A stretch of DNA of 64,000 nucleotides from an uncultured Clostridia bacterium (GTDB taxonomy: Bacteria > Bacillota > Clostridia > Christensenellales > UBA1242). The DNA lies in the NCBI GenBank assembly GCA_930979925.1, contig CAKNIB010000008.1:217-64216 (forward strand), read 5' to 3'. Shown in pieces: positions 35,965 through 45,984 of this stretch. The translations under genes were made by a program, and so were the position numbers. Numbering within the stretch: the stretch's first letter is position 1; every line of letters starts with the position of its first letter. Under the pieces are notes generated by a model that worked only from the letters and a program-made list of their open reading frames with translations, was not told the DNA's origin and made no database searches.

Positions 35965-36401
35965 TTTTTACTCCCAACAATTATTTTTCTTTGATTATCT
36001 GAAAGCTTTTCAATTTTTATTTCAATATGCGGGCAATTTATAAGTCCTTCAACCTGCTCTGGCCACTCGACCATAACAATGCCGTCAAGGGTTTTTAGGT
36101 CAAAGTACTCATCAAAGCCTAGCTCTTCTGCCTCCTCTTTTGAGGATAGTCTATACATATCAAAATGATAGACAGGATATTTGCCTCCCTCGTAAATGTT
36201 AAGTAAAGTGAAAGTGGGACTGGTAACTAAGCTATTACTGCCAATGCCTTTGACAAAACCTTTCACAAAATGAGTTTTTCCTGCGCCTAAATCGCCTATA
36301 AGTGTAAAAACTACCCCCTTTCCTACCGTCTTTGCAAGTTTTTCTGCAAAAAGCATTGTCTCTTCGTCGTTATTTGTTGTAACTGAAAAAAGTTGGTCCA
36401 T
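35961..36401 (-). CDS. tsaE: tRNA t6A37 biosynthesis ATPase TsaE
   Basis: 146 aa. Walker A GDLGAGKTHF, plus SPTFTLLNIY and YHFDMYRL. Confidence 0.9.
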   Translation of the reverse strand: MDQLFSVTTNNDEETMLFAEKLAKTVGKGVVFTLIGDLGAGKTHFVKGFVKGIGSNSLVTSPTFTLLNIYEGGKYPVYHFDMYRLSSKEEAEELGFDEYFDLKTLDGIVMVEWPEQVEGLINCPHIEIKIEKLSDNQRKIIVGSKK

Positions 36402-36422
36402 GATAAATTCCTTTTTACTAAT

Positions 36423-37025
36423 TTATTTGTTATGTCGTTGTTGTATTTTCCTCTTTAAGCGCATTTTTGCTAAATGTCTATGTATTAGCAGGCCTATTAC
36501 CGCAAAAAGCACGCCTAAAGCTATTCCGACAAGGGTGTCACTTAAATAGTGCACGCCTAAAACCATACGCGAATAAGCTATCAAAAATGGAAATAGGCAA
36601 CAAAATATTCCGCCAATTATCTTAGTACTTAAGTCGTACGGGCTTGATAACAACGTGTAAAACACAAAAGTTGCAAATAGTCCTGCGCACAGACTATGAC
36701 CTGATGGCATGCTGTAGCCGTCCTCTCCGCCATAGTTTATTATATCATCATAAGTGACAAAAGGTCTATCTCGTGCAATTATTAGCTTGAGTACCTGATT
36801 TATCAAGCTTGCAAAGGCAAAGGTTAAAACAAAGGTAATAGATAGTCTTAATCCACCTTTAAACCACATAATAACCAGAACGATGATAAACCCTAGATAA
36901 CTTCCAAACAATGTTATAAATTGAAATAGTGTTATCCAGTTAATGCTAGCGTTTGTCTGTAAAAATCTTATTATATTTGCCTCTATATCACAAATCATAC
37001 ATATATATTGTAACAAATATCTCAA
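36423..37025 (-). CDS. PAP2-family membrane phosphatase (BcrC/undecaprenyl-diphosphatase-like)
   Basis: 200 aa. PAP2 motifs KLIIARDRP, SMPSGH and SRMVLGVHYLSD. Confidence 0.8.
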   Translation of the reverse strand: MRYLLQYICMICDIEANIIRFLQTNASINWITLFQFITLFGSYLGFIIVLVIMWFKGGLRLSITFVLTFAFASLINQVLKLIIARDRPFVTYDDIINYGGEDGYSMPSGHSLCAGLFATFVFYTLLSSPYDLSTKIIGGIFCCLFPFLIAYSRMVLGVHYLSDTLVGIALGVLFAVIGLLIHRHLAKMRLKRKIQQRHNK

Positions 37026-37063
37026 AAAAAAACAACAGATATTGCATTTTCTGTCGTTTTTTA

Positions 37064-37648
37064 TTAATTTAATTTGCTTATGCTGTAGCCATCGTCAATA
37101 TCATAAAAATTTGTAGTAAAATCTTTATCATTTTTTAAAAGTTCTATATATTTTCTAAGGTTTACCACCATTGAGCGATGCTTATGAGCTATTTTCCCCT
37201 CGCTCTTTACCATGCCATGCATATAGATATTATCGGTAAATAAAATTCCATCGTGATTTAAAAGTTTCTTTATTAATGGATAATATTTTATATACTGTCC
37301 CTTTGCTCCATCTAAAAAGATAAGGTCAAACTTCTCATTATCCTTACAAAGTTTTTCAAGTGCGATTAACGCATCGTCAAGTATTAATTTTACCCGTGCC
37401 TCTTGTCCAAAAAGTTTGAAGTTCTTCTCTGCCTCGGCTAATCTTTGCTCATCCTTTTCAATAGTATAAAGATAAGCTTGACAGTTTTGTAACATTAAAA
37501 GTCCTGAGTAGCCGATTGCTGTGCCTATTTCTAGTATTTTTTTAGGGTTTTTCTCTTTGCAAACACTGATTAATGCTTGAGCGGTATTGTCGCGTATGAT
37601 AGGAATATAACCTTCTCTAGCCCTGTTTGCTATCTCCTCTAGCGTCAT
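37064..37648 (-). CDS. class I SAM-dependent O-methyltransferase (family 3, YrrM/TrmR-like)
   Basis: 194 aa. ILEIGTAIGYSGL SAM-binding motif and DLIFLDGAKGQY. Confidence 0.65.
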   Translation of the reverse strand: MTLEEIANRAREGYIPIIRDNTAQALISVCKEKNPKKILEIGTAIGYSGLLMLQNCQAYLYTIEKDEQRLAEAEKNFKLFGQEARVKLILDDALIALEKLCKDNEKFDLIFLDGAKGQYIKYYPLIKKLLNHDGILFTDNIYMHGMVKSEGKIAHKHRSMVVNLRKYIELLKNDKDFTTNFYDIDDGYSISKLN

Positions 37649-37656
37649 GATAACTC

Positions 37657-39312
37657 CTAGTCAAGAGTGACAATAGTCAAAATCATTGGACGGCGTTTGG
37701 TGCGTCTAAAAATAAAGTTTGATACGTTACGGCGAAGAGATGCCCTGATAACTGATGGTTCTACGCCACGAAGATCGCTTTCCTTAAGTGATGCGATGAT
37801 GCATGCCTTAGCATCTTGTACAAAGCTCTCCTGCTCGTCTGCATATACAACGCCACGGGTTATGATAAATGGGTCACTTGTAACCTCGCCTGCAACATTA
37901 TTGATGTTTACGCAAACTACGCAAATACCATCTTCTGAAAGCTGTTTGCGCTCTCTTAGAACATTGCTATCCATGTCACCTATACCAATACCATCAACGA
38001 GGCGTTGACCTGCCTTTACAAAGCCAACCTCTTTGATTGAGTTAGGTCCAAGCTCCACCTGCATACCTATGCTTGGTAAAAGTATATTTCTTGCGTCCAC
38101 ACCAAGTGTCATAGCAAGCTCCTTATGAGTTTTAAGGTGTCTATACTCGCCGTGGATTGGCATGAAAAACTTAGGTTTTACAAGGCTATGCATGAGTTTG
38201 AGCTCCTCTTGGCAAGCGTGCCCTGAGGTGTGTACCTTTTCAAGTTCATCATATATTACGTCAGCGCCCAATTTGTATAGTGCATTTATTACGTTGTAAA
38301 CATTTTTCTCGTTGCCTGGAATTGGCGATGCTGAGAGAATTACTAGGTCATTTGGTCTAATCTTTACGCTCTTAAATTCGCCAGCTGCCATACGAGTAAG
38401 TGCGCTCATTGGCTCGCCTTGGCTTCCAGTTGTCATGATAAGAATTTCTTTATCGTCAAGTTTGTCGACCTTGTCAATATCAACAATATTGTCGCGATTA
38501 AAGGTGAGCTCACCTATCTTCATTGCAACTTCGCTGACATTTATCATGCTTCTGCCTGTAAAGGCGATTTTGCGATTATATTTTTCTGCAATATCCATAA
38601 TCTGTTGCATACGATGGATGTTTGATGCAAAAGTAGCAACAATAATTCTATTATTTGCGTGATTTTTAATAATTTCGTCGAGTGTACGACCTACTGACTT
38701 TTCACTCATAGAATAGCCTGGTCGGCAAACGTTGGTGCTTTCGCAAAGAAGAAGGCTTACTCCCTTTCTACCTATTTCACCAAGGCGAGAGATATCTGTC
38801 ATAACGCCGTCGATTGGCTCGTAATCTATTTTAAAGTCACCAGTGTGGACTACAGTGCCTACTGGAGTTGTAATTGCAAGTGCAAGTGAGCCTGCAATTG
38901 AGTGGCTAACCTTGATAAATTCTATTGAAAACGAGCCTATTTTGAGAACATTTTTTGGCTTAACTGAAATTGCCTTGTATTTTACGTTTGGATGCTCCTT
39001 CATCTTGTTGTCAACAAGAGCAAGTGTAAGTCTAGTACCATAGATTGGCACATTAATCTGCTCAAGTAAAAATGGAACAGCACCTATGTGGTCCTCATGC
39101 CCATGCGTCAAAAGTAGCGCTTTGATTTTGCTTTTGTTTTCAATTAGGTAGGTCATATCTGGGATGACGATATCCACGCCTGGAAGGTCATCATCTGGGA
39201 AGGTTAAACCTGCATCAACGATAACGATTTCATCATTATACTCAAGTGCGGTCATATTTTTACCTATTTCGCCTACCCCACCTAAAAAAGTAATTTTTAA
39301 TTTATTATTCAC
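37657..39312 (-). CDS. rnj: ribonuclease J
   Basis: 551 aa. LGGVGEIGKNM, the beta-lactamase motif LTHGHEDHIGA, a beta-CASP region and HTSGHA. Confidence 0.92.
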   Translation of the reverse strand: MNNKLKITFLGGVGEIGKNMTALEYNDEIVIVDAGLTFPDDDLPGVDIVIPDMTYLIENKSKIKALLLTHGHEDHIGAVPFLLEQINVPIYGTRLTLALVDNKMKEHPNVKYKAISVKPKNVLKIGSFSIEFIKVSHSIAGSLALAITTPVGTVVHTGDFKIDYEPIDGVMTDISRLGEIGRKGVSLLLCESTNVCRPGYSMSEKSVGRTLDEIIKNHANNRIIVATFASNIHRMQQIMDIAEKYNRKIAFTGRSMINVSEVAMKIGELTFNRDNIVDIDKVDKLDDKEILIMTTGSQGEPMSALTRMAAGEFKSVKIRPNDLVILSASPIPGNEKNVYNVINALYKLGADVIYDELEKVHTSGHACQEELKLMHSLVKPKFFMPIHGEYRHLKTHKELAMTLGVDARNILLPSIGMQVELGPNSIKEVGFVKAGQRLVDGIGIGDMDSNVLRERKQLSEDGICVVCVNINNVAGEVTSDPFIITRGVVYADEQESFVQDAKACIIASLKESDLRGVEPSVIRASLRRNVSNFIFRRTKRRPMILTIVTLD

Positions 39313-39546
39313 ATTATCCTCCTTGTTATGTAAATTACTTATTTGTTATGTAGGTTTTTTTTGGCTCTTTACTGCATAAAAAAGCCATAGAAAAATGTTG
39401 TTTATTACAAAATTTTCAGGCTACAGGAAAACGAGCGAGGCAAGGCTCGGAAAATGCTCAAAGCCAGGAGTTTAGTAAGCCTAAATGACTGGTTTTGAGC
39501 GTTTTACAGTAAACGCAGCATCGCGACGTTTTAGTGCAGTCTGAAA

Positions 39547-40467
39547 CTATAAAATGTATTTTGCATCCTCAATCTTGTCAACCTCTTCGAGTTTCTTTGG
39601 TGACAAAATTGTATCACTGTCAACATAAAATCTCATGCCTTGACTTGAGAAGAACATTACCATCTCAAAAATATGAAGTAGTGGTGATATTAGTGGCAAT
39701 ATTATGATAATTGAGTAAAGTCCAAGCACGATAGAAAGCACTATTGCAAGCAAGAAGATTATAAAGGCAGTTGAAAATACCCTTGCTCCACGTCTTAGTA
39801 CTGCGCGCATTCCTATTGAGAAAGACTTGAATACATTTTGATTATACACCACCTTTGCTGGTGCCCAACCACCCGTAAAGGTCTCTTTAAACGCCATAAG
39901 TAGGGCTGGAACAATTACAAAGACAAAAGGCATGATATAATCAAAAACTTGATTATTTATCCTTGTTAAACCCCACATGCTTAGCACTATTATAGCGTTA
40001 AATGGCAAGGAATAAAGAACTTTTAATGCTGAGTAGCCAAAAGCTTTAAGTGATTTTAAATAGGTGCCGGTGAAACTTTGTTTTGTGCAGGAAGACATAT
40101 AGCCATACATCATCTCGCAGGTAACATATTTGCCTTGATTTATAAGAAGTGGAAAGATGATAAAGGTTATGATGACAAAATAAATTCCTATGCCAACATT
40201 TGTAAAAATCTCTCTAAAAAAGATTATTACAAAGTCGGCTACAGCGGTCAGACCATTGGCTATTGACGAGCCATAAAGAGTACCAGTCGCAAAAAAGCTT
40301 GATAAATTTGACTCCTCATAGGCAAGAGAGCCGGCGTCAATATAATAATTATAAAATATTGCAAGAAGTGCCACGCATACGCCAATCGATAAAATATGGT
40401 AAACAAGAAGTTTCCATACCTTATCAAAATTAGCACATAATAGTCTTACAGAATTTTTAAACATCAT
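39547..40467 (-). CDS. polytopic membrane protein, function unknown
   Basis: 306 aa with at least 6 hydrophobic segments. No recognised motif. Confidence 0.6.
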   Translation of the reverse strand: MMFKNSVRLLCANFDKVWKLLVYHILSIGVCVALLAIFYNYYIDAGSLAYEESNLSSFFATGTLYGSSIANGLTAVADFVIIFFREIFTNVGIGIYFVIITFIIFPLLINQGKYVTCEMMYGYMSSCTKQSFTGTYLKSLKAFGYSALKVLYSLPFNAIIVLSMWGLTRINNQVFDYIMPFVFVIVPALLMAFKETFTGGWAPAKVVYNQNVFKSFSIGMRAVLRRGARVFSTAFIIFLLAIVLSIVLGLYSIIIILPLISPLLHIFEMVMFFSSQGMRFYVDSDTILSPKKLEEVDKIEDAKYIL

Positions 40468-40599
40468 AAATCTTTATTTCCAAACTTTAATAGTAAATAT
40501 ATTATACTATAAAAAATCACAATTTGCAAGAATTATAACATATTATTATGAAAAATTTGGCTAAAAAAGACTTATAAATATTCTTTGACAGTCAAAAAT

Positions 40600-41064
40600 T
40601 TATTTTATAGCGAGAATTTTATATGAGATATCTCCGCCGTCCATCTTAACTTTGATTGTGTCACCCTTTTTGTGACCTATTAATGCTGAGCCAACTGGAG
40701 AAATGTTGCTTATAATGCCGTTGGCTGGGTCAGACTCAGTTGAGCCTAAAATTTTATACTCAAGCTCTTCGTCAAACTCCTCATCATAAAGTTTTACAGT
40801 AGAGCCTATTGCCACTGTATCGCTTGCACCCTCTGTAGGATTGATTATTTGGCAAGTCAAGAGAATGTCTTCCATCTCCCTTATTTCTGCCTCTATTTGA
40901 GCTTGTTCCTCTTTTGCTGCGTCATATTCTGAGTTCTCAGAGAGGTCGCCAAATTCCCTTGCAATACCTATTTTTTTGCTAACTTCTACTCTTCTAACTG
41001 TCTTATAATAATTCAACTTTTCTTCAAGTTGTTTTTTGCCTTCTACTGTCAATAAATGTACCAT
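40600..41064 (-). CDS. greA: transcription elongation factor GreA
   Basis: 154 aa. Contains LT.EG...L..EL..L and REFGDLSENSEYDAAKEEQ. Confidence 0.92.
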   Translation of the reverse strand: MVHLLTVEGKKQLEEKLNYYKTVRRVEVSKKIGIAREFGDLSENSEYDAAKEEQAQIEAEIREMEDILLTCQIINPTEGASDTVAIGSTVKLYDEEFDEELEYKILGSTESDPANGIISNISPVGSALIGHKKGDTIKVKMDGGDISYKILAIK

Positions 41065-41188
41065 ATTATTAACTAGCTCCTTTTAGTTTTTCGATAAATT
41101 ATACATATTTTTAATTGCAATGTCAACTTTTTTTCGCATTTTCGTATGATTTTTGTTTTTCTGCCAACACTACCATTGGAGGTTTATT

Positions 41189-41629
41189 ATGCTTACTATT
41201 ATATCCTTTTTACTTACCATTTTAGGCTGTATAAATTGGCTTCTTGTTGGACTACTTCAGTACGACTTTGTCGCTGGTATATTTGGCTACCAAGCCAGTA
41301 TGTTATCTAGAATAGTCTACATTATCATAGGTGTTTCTGCCCTCTTTTTGGTGTATAAGCTCATTAAAGGTAAAGGAACAGTTGCCGTATTCTCACGAAG
41401 AAACAAAAAAGATTTAGCTAAGAACATCCAAAAAATGAACAATGACGATAAAGAGGAAGTCAAGGCGAGCAAACAAGAGCGAGAGGAATATAGTCCTAAT
41501 CTCAATGTTGAGGCAAGTCAAGAGTTTGACCGTCATGACGAATATGGAGATTATTCTAGTCACAGCTATAGAGATGACAGCCCAAAAGGATTATTTAATG
41601 AGCATTTCAATGATGACGACTACAGATAA
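41189..41629 (+). CDS. DUF378-family small membrane protein with an acidic/basic C-terminal extension
   Basis: GGAGG RBS precedes ATG 41189. Contains LGCINWLLVGLLQYDFVAGIFG...SRIVYIIIGVSALFLVY. Confidence 0.7.
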   Translation: MLTIISFLLTILGCINWLLVGLLQYDFVAGIFGYQASMLSRIVYIIIGVSALFLVYKLIKGKGTVAVFSRRNKKDLAKNIQKMNNDDKEEVKASKQEREEYSPNLNVEASQEFDRHDEYGDYSSHSYRDDSPKGLFNEHFNDDDYR

Positions 41630-41807
41630 TCCTAATTATATTCCTATTTTTGTTTTTTATGCGAAAGAATTTCTTGTTTTTAAAGTCTTTAGCAAAAAGA
41701 TGTAAATTTTAATTCTTTTGCAAGTAAAAAAACTATGCATTTTGTGGCTCAAAATGCTAGAAATAGGTGTATATAAATATATGAAAACAATATACGTGAG
41801 GTGAAAA

Positions 41808-41891
41808 ATGTATAAAAATCTTTCTATTTTATCTTTGCTTGCTCTATTTTGTAGTGTTCTTTTTACAATCTTATTCTTTAATTTGCTTTAA
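41808..41891 (+). CDS. candidate 27-aa hydrophobic micropeptide
   Basis: Translates as MYKNLSILSLLALFCSVLFTILFFNLL. RBS GTGAGGTGA lies 5 nt upstream. Located in an otherwise empty 315-nt intergenic region. Confidence 0.25.
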   Translation: MYKNLSILSLLALFCSVLFTILFFNLL

Positions 41892-41944
41892 AAAATTTTA
41901 GAATTGCAGGCAATGGATAAGAAAAATATGCTATTACATCTTTA

Positions 41945-42403
41945 TCATTTATGATATTTGTTTCCTGAGCTTATCATAAAAGCGCGGTAAATTTGTTCGA
42001 GCAAAACTATGCGGGCAAGGTTATGAGGGAGAGTTATCTTTCCAAATGACAACTTGTCCTTTATTTTTTCCTTAACGGCGTTGCTACAGCCATACGAACC
42101 GCCTATTACAAAGGTAATAGTACTGTTCTCTTGTGCAAGTTTTTCTAAATACGAAGATAATTCTTCGCTTGACAACTCTTTACCATTGATATCTAAAAGT
42201 ATGGGCTTGCCGGAGAGTTTATCAAGTATTTCCTCCCCTTCAAGTGAAACTATCTTATTTATATCTTGGTATTTATTTTGTTCCGCCACCTCAACGATGG
42301 AAAGTTTACAAAATCTGCCAAGTCGTTTTTCGTACTCTTTAGACGCTTCCGTCCAAAAGCGTTCTTTTAAATTGCCTACGCAAACAAGCTTAATATTTAT
42401 CAT
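41945..42403 (-). CDS. rlmH: 23S rRNA (pseudouridine1915-N3)-methyltransferase RlmH
   Basis: 152 aa. SPOUT motifs FVIGGSYG and LSFGKITLPHNLARIVLLEQIYRA. Confidence 0.9.
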   Translation of the reverse strand: MINIKLVCVGNLKERFWTEASKEYEKRLGRFCKLSIVEVAEQNKYQDINKIVSLEGEEILDKLSGKPILLDINGKELSSEELSSYLEKLAQENSTITFVIGGSYGCSNAVKEKIKDKLSFGKITLPHNLARIVLLEQIYRAFMISSGNKYHK

Positions 42404-43524
42404 AATACACCAAACACAAAAGTCATAAGAGTTACAAGTCCTGTTAGCAAGAAACAGGAAATAAGAAGAATTTTTGATAAAGTATCCATTTTATATGGTC
42501 TTTGGAAAACCTCTATTGGCTCTTCAAACTCACCTGACTGGCTTCTTATAATCTCTTCCATACGCCTATTCATGTCTTGTGCCCGTTTAACGTTATCTGT
42601 CTGCCCGCTAGTGATTTCTTCAACCTCTTGTTTAAAGGTTGTGCGCATGTACTCGGTAAATATAGCCTCTTGAAGAGCGTACATTTTTTTGAGTGCAGTC
42701 TCTTTGTATAATGCTTTTACAAGCCATCTTAAAGCGATTATTAAAAGTGCAGACAAAACAAAGATGAAAAGTATTGCGATTATTGTGTTGTTGTTTAAGT
42801 TATAGGTAAGCCATGAGAACATATTTTCAAAACCTAGGTTATTTGCGCTTGAGAAAGACATAAATACGCTGAGTGCATTATTCATAAAGTGTATTATTAT
42901 TGCTGGATATATATTGTCGGTCAAGGTTGCAAGGTAGCCTAGGAAAAAGCCTATTAATGTAGCATAGAAAAACTGGGTTATATTCATGTGAAGAAGTCCA
43001 AATAAAAGTGAAGATATCACGATGGCTTTTTGCGTGCCTAGTCTAGATAGTCCTTTTAAAAGCATGCCTCTATGTGCGGTCTCTTCGCATATGCCTGGCA
43101 GAACTGCCGTGCAGATTATATTCACAATAAACAGCCAAAATGGATAGGAACCTGAGCTTGAAGATGTGCTAAATCGATAGCCAAGTGAGGCAAGCACTGA
43201 ATTGAAGAAGGTTACTACAAACACATTTAAAATGTATACTATGATACCTATTAATATTGAGTAGAGAACTGCCTTCCATGAAATTTTATGATACCCGTAT
43301 GATTTTAAGACGTCCTTAGTTTTAGACTTTTGCAAAAATTTAAATAGGAAAACTGATACCAAAAACAATATTATCTGTATAGATGCATTGGCTATATATC
43401 TTTCTACTGTAGAAAGCTCTCCTAGCACGCCAAAAAAGTCAGATGATAGCAGTCTTATCACCACAAATAAAAAGATTATTAGACTATAGCATATAAGAGT
43501 ATTCTTTACTATCTTATTTTTCAT
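42400..43524 (-). CDS. CPBP-family intramembrane glutamic endopeptidase
   Basis: 374 aa. Motifs EETAHRG, FGLLH and HFMNN. Confidence 0.85.
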   Translation of the reverse strand: MKNKIVKNTLICYSLIIFLFVVIRLLSSDFFGVLGELSTVERYIANASIQIILFLVSVFLFKFLQKSKTKDVLKSYGYHKISWKAVLYSILIGIIVYILNVFVVTFFNSVLASLGYRFSTSSSSGSYPFWLFIVNIICTAVLPGICEETAHRGMLLKGLSRLGTQKAIVISSLLFGLLHMNITQFFYATLIGFFLGYLATLTDNIYPAIIIHFMNNALSVFMSFSSANNLGFENMFSWLTYNLNNNTIIAILFIFVLSALLIIALRWLVKALYKETALKKMYALQEAIFTEYMRTTFKQEVEEITSGQTDNVKRAQDMNRRMEEIIRSQSGEFEEPIEVFQRPYKMDTLSKILLISCFLLTGLVTLMTFVFGVL

Positions 43525-43766
43525 TTAATCTCCTTAAAAGATTTTTCTTTTAGTGTTTTAAAAATTCTTGGGTGCGCACAAAAGTATTAAAGGAAATCTT
43601 TATTTCAGGTAATTTCCTTACACTCATATATTAATACATTATTTTTACGCTGTAAAGAGGCAAAATATTATTTTTTAAAAAATTATTTTTGCTAAAAAAA
43701 TTGATTATTGTCATTTAATAAGACTTTTTGTCGTAATATGTCGAATGCCATTTTATAAAAAACTAT

Positions 43767-44795
43767 TTAAGCGCTCACAAAGTTAAAAATTGTAATAAAA
43801 AGTAGAAGCACCAAGGCAATCGCTATAGAAACATAAATATAAACTGATGTTTTTGTCGAGCTTTTTTCTACCATTTCTGCACTTTTATGCTTGAAATAAT
43901 ATCTATCAATTAAATACATAATTCCAAAAGTTACAGCCAGCAGAAGTATGGTAATCAAATATGACCACCAAGTGTTTGGCATGTTAAGTGAAAATGACGT
44001 TGTATTGCTTAAATAGGTAAATAATATGACTAGGAAATTATTTATAAAATGCACAATCATTGAAGAGACGAGAGAGCCCGTTCTTACCACCAGCCATGCC
44101 ATGATTGAGCCTAGCAAAAACGGATAAACGAGTTGTTGCAGGCTTTGATGCATGAGAGCAAACATAAATGCCGACAAAAAGATTGCGCTATAATCGTTAA
44201 ATCTAGTGCGAAGACCGTTTAATATTATACCGCGGAAAAGTAGCTCCTCAGTTATGGCAGGTATAAGTCCGGTTATAAAAACAGCGAGAACGAAAATTCC
44301 AAAACTTTGAGGATTGGCGAGCGACTCTGGGCTGTCAGGAGAGGCTTCTTGAAGCGGAAAGCCTATCAGTTTTAGTAGGTCATCAACTCCCCCGATAAAA
44401 TATTGAATACCAAAGAGTGCTATCACTCCTATGGCTACAACTATTAAATAAGTATGCCACTTCATTTTAAACTTGAGTTTTATGGCATTATACTCAATCT
44501 TATTAATCTTATTATAAACAAGATAAAGCACAACATAAGATATGGCACTTACCACACTTAAAACGGTGGTAAACCAAATGCTATTTGTGACCTCTGAGCT
44601 GTCCTCATAACCACCTGCGGCTACTATTACATTTGCAATAAGAGAAAAAACAAGCGATAAAAGAATAGGTAAGATTAAAGAAAAGAGGAATACCATACCA
44701 CTGTCTTTATCATTATAAAAATTTCTTTTGTCAAAGGTTGTCGTTTTTTTGTCCATTAATTCATTATACAACATAATTTTGCAAAAGACAACCAA
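43767..44795 (-). CDS. CPBP-family intramembrane glutamic endopeptidase (start uncertain)
   Basis: 342 aa. Motifs TEELLFRG, FALMH and HFINN. Confidence 0.8.
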   Translation of the reverse strand: MVVFCKIMLYNELMDKKTTTFDKRNFYNDKDSGMVFLFSLILPILLSLVFSLIANVIVAAGGYEDSSEVTNSIWFTTVLSVVSAISYVVLYLVYNKINKIEYNAIKLKFKMKWHTYLIVVAIGVIALFGIQYFIGGVDDLLKLIGFPLQEASPDSPESLANPQSFGIFVLAVFITGLIPAITEELLFRGIILNGLRTRFNDYSAIFLSAFMFALMHQSLQQLVYPFLLGSIMAWLVVRTGSLVSSMIVHFINNFLVILFTYLSNTTSFSLNMPNTWWSYLITILLLAVTFGIMYLIDRYYFKHKSAEMVEKSSTKTSVYIYVSIAIALVLLLFITIFNFVSA

Positions 44796-44836
44796 AAGTG
44801 CTTTACTTATCGGTAAAATTTTATTAAAATTATATT

Positions 44837-45277
44837 ATGATAGATTTTATGGAAGAAGCTTTCAAAGAGGCACAAAAGGCGCTAAAAAAAGATGAGGTTC
44901 CTATTGGGGCTGTCATTGTAAAGGATGGAAAAATTGTCGCGAGAGGGCGAAATAGTAGAGAAAAAAGCCAAAATGCTCTAAAACACGCAGAGATTATTGC
45001 AATAAACAAAGCGTGCAAAAGGCTAAAATCATGGCGTCTTGATGGGTGCGAGATTTATGTTACCTTAGAGCCCTGCCCTATGTGTGCGGGTGCGATTGCT
45101 AATGCTAGAATATCTAAGGTTGTATATGGTGCTAAAGAAACAACCTCAGAGGACAATCTTTGCGAGCTGATTTTAAAAAGTAACAGGCTTAATCACAAGC
45201 CTAAAATAGAATATAGAGAAAATAAGTTTTGCAAAGATATTTTACAAGATTTTTTCAAAAATAAAAGAAAAAAATAA
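44837..45277 (+). CDS. tadA: tRNA adenosine(34) deaminase
   Basis: 146 aa. Motifs HAEIIAI and LEPCPMCAGAI. Confidence 0.9.
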   Translation: MIDFMEEAFKEAQKALKKDEVPIGAVIVKDGKIVARGRNSREKSQNALKHAEIIAINKACKRLKSWRLDGCEIYVTLEPCPMCAGAIANARISKVVYGAKETTSEDNLCELILKSNRLNHKPKIEYRENKFCKDILQDFFKNKRKK

Positions 45278-45383
45278 AATGTTATTTTATAAAAAATTAT
45301 TGACCGCATAAATACTTGTCAATAATTATTTTTTTAGTCTTTTATTGTTTTATAAAATTATTATTTTAGCAATTTTAATTTAC

Positions 45384-45866
45384 TTACAATAATTTCATAA
45401 GTTCTTCTTGGAATTGTTCTTCTGTTATCTTCCCTTCCTCTTTAAGTTTACGCAATTTTGCTATTTTATCTTCCTTGCTTTCGTTTATCACTTCTACATT
45501 GTCGCCGACCTTTGTTGTGTCCTTATCTGGTTTTATCCATACCCAGTCTGAGATAAACATGGTGATAATTAAAAGAATACTTGATACTGAGAGTAAATTT
45601 ACAATAATAGAGAGAACTAGCGCCGTCATGTAATAGCCGTAACGCTGTCTAAATAGTGCGCCGTTTTTCCAAATAGCCATGGTAAGTAAAACTATTATCG
45701 CTATGCAACATGCGATGGTGATAAAAGTAAATACTACATAAAAAACTGAGCTTCGCACTTCAGGGTCAGTTTGAAACCAATCTACAATCGCGTAAATATC
45801 CCAGGCTATTTCTACAAAGTTAAAAATTATTGCTACGATTATTAACCATTTTTTTGTTGTATTCAT
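45384..45866 (-). CDS. membrane protein with C-terminal SHOCT-like motif
   Basis: 160 aa with four hydrophobic segments. The C-terminus KIAKLRKLKEEGKITEEQFQEELMKLL resembles the SHOCT short oligomerisation domain. Confidence 0.6.
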   Translation of the reverse strand: MNTTKKWLIIVAIIFNFVEIAWDIYAIVDWFQTDPEVRSSVFYVVFTFITIACCIAIIVLLTMAIWKNGALFRQRYGYYMTALVLSIIVNLLSVSSILLIITMFISDWVWIKPDKDTTKVGDNVEVINESKEDKIAKLRKLKEEGKITEEQFQEELMKLL

Positions 45867-45984
45867 AGTTCTCCTTACGATAATTTCTATAATTCTACCA
45901 CTTAAAAAAATTTAAGTCAAATCATTTTGTTATTTTAATAATTTGTGCTAAAATTTCTTATATATTATTAAAAGGAATTTAATT

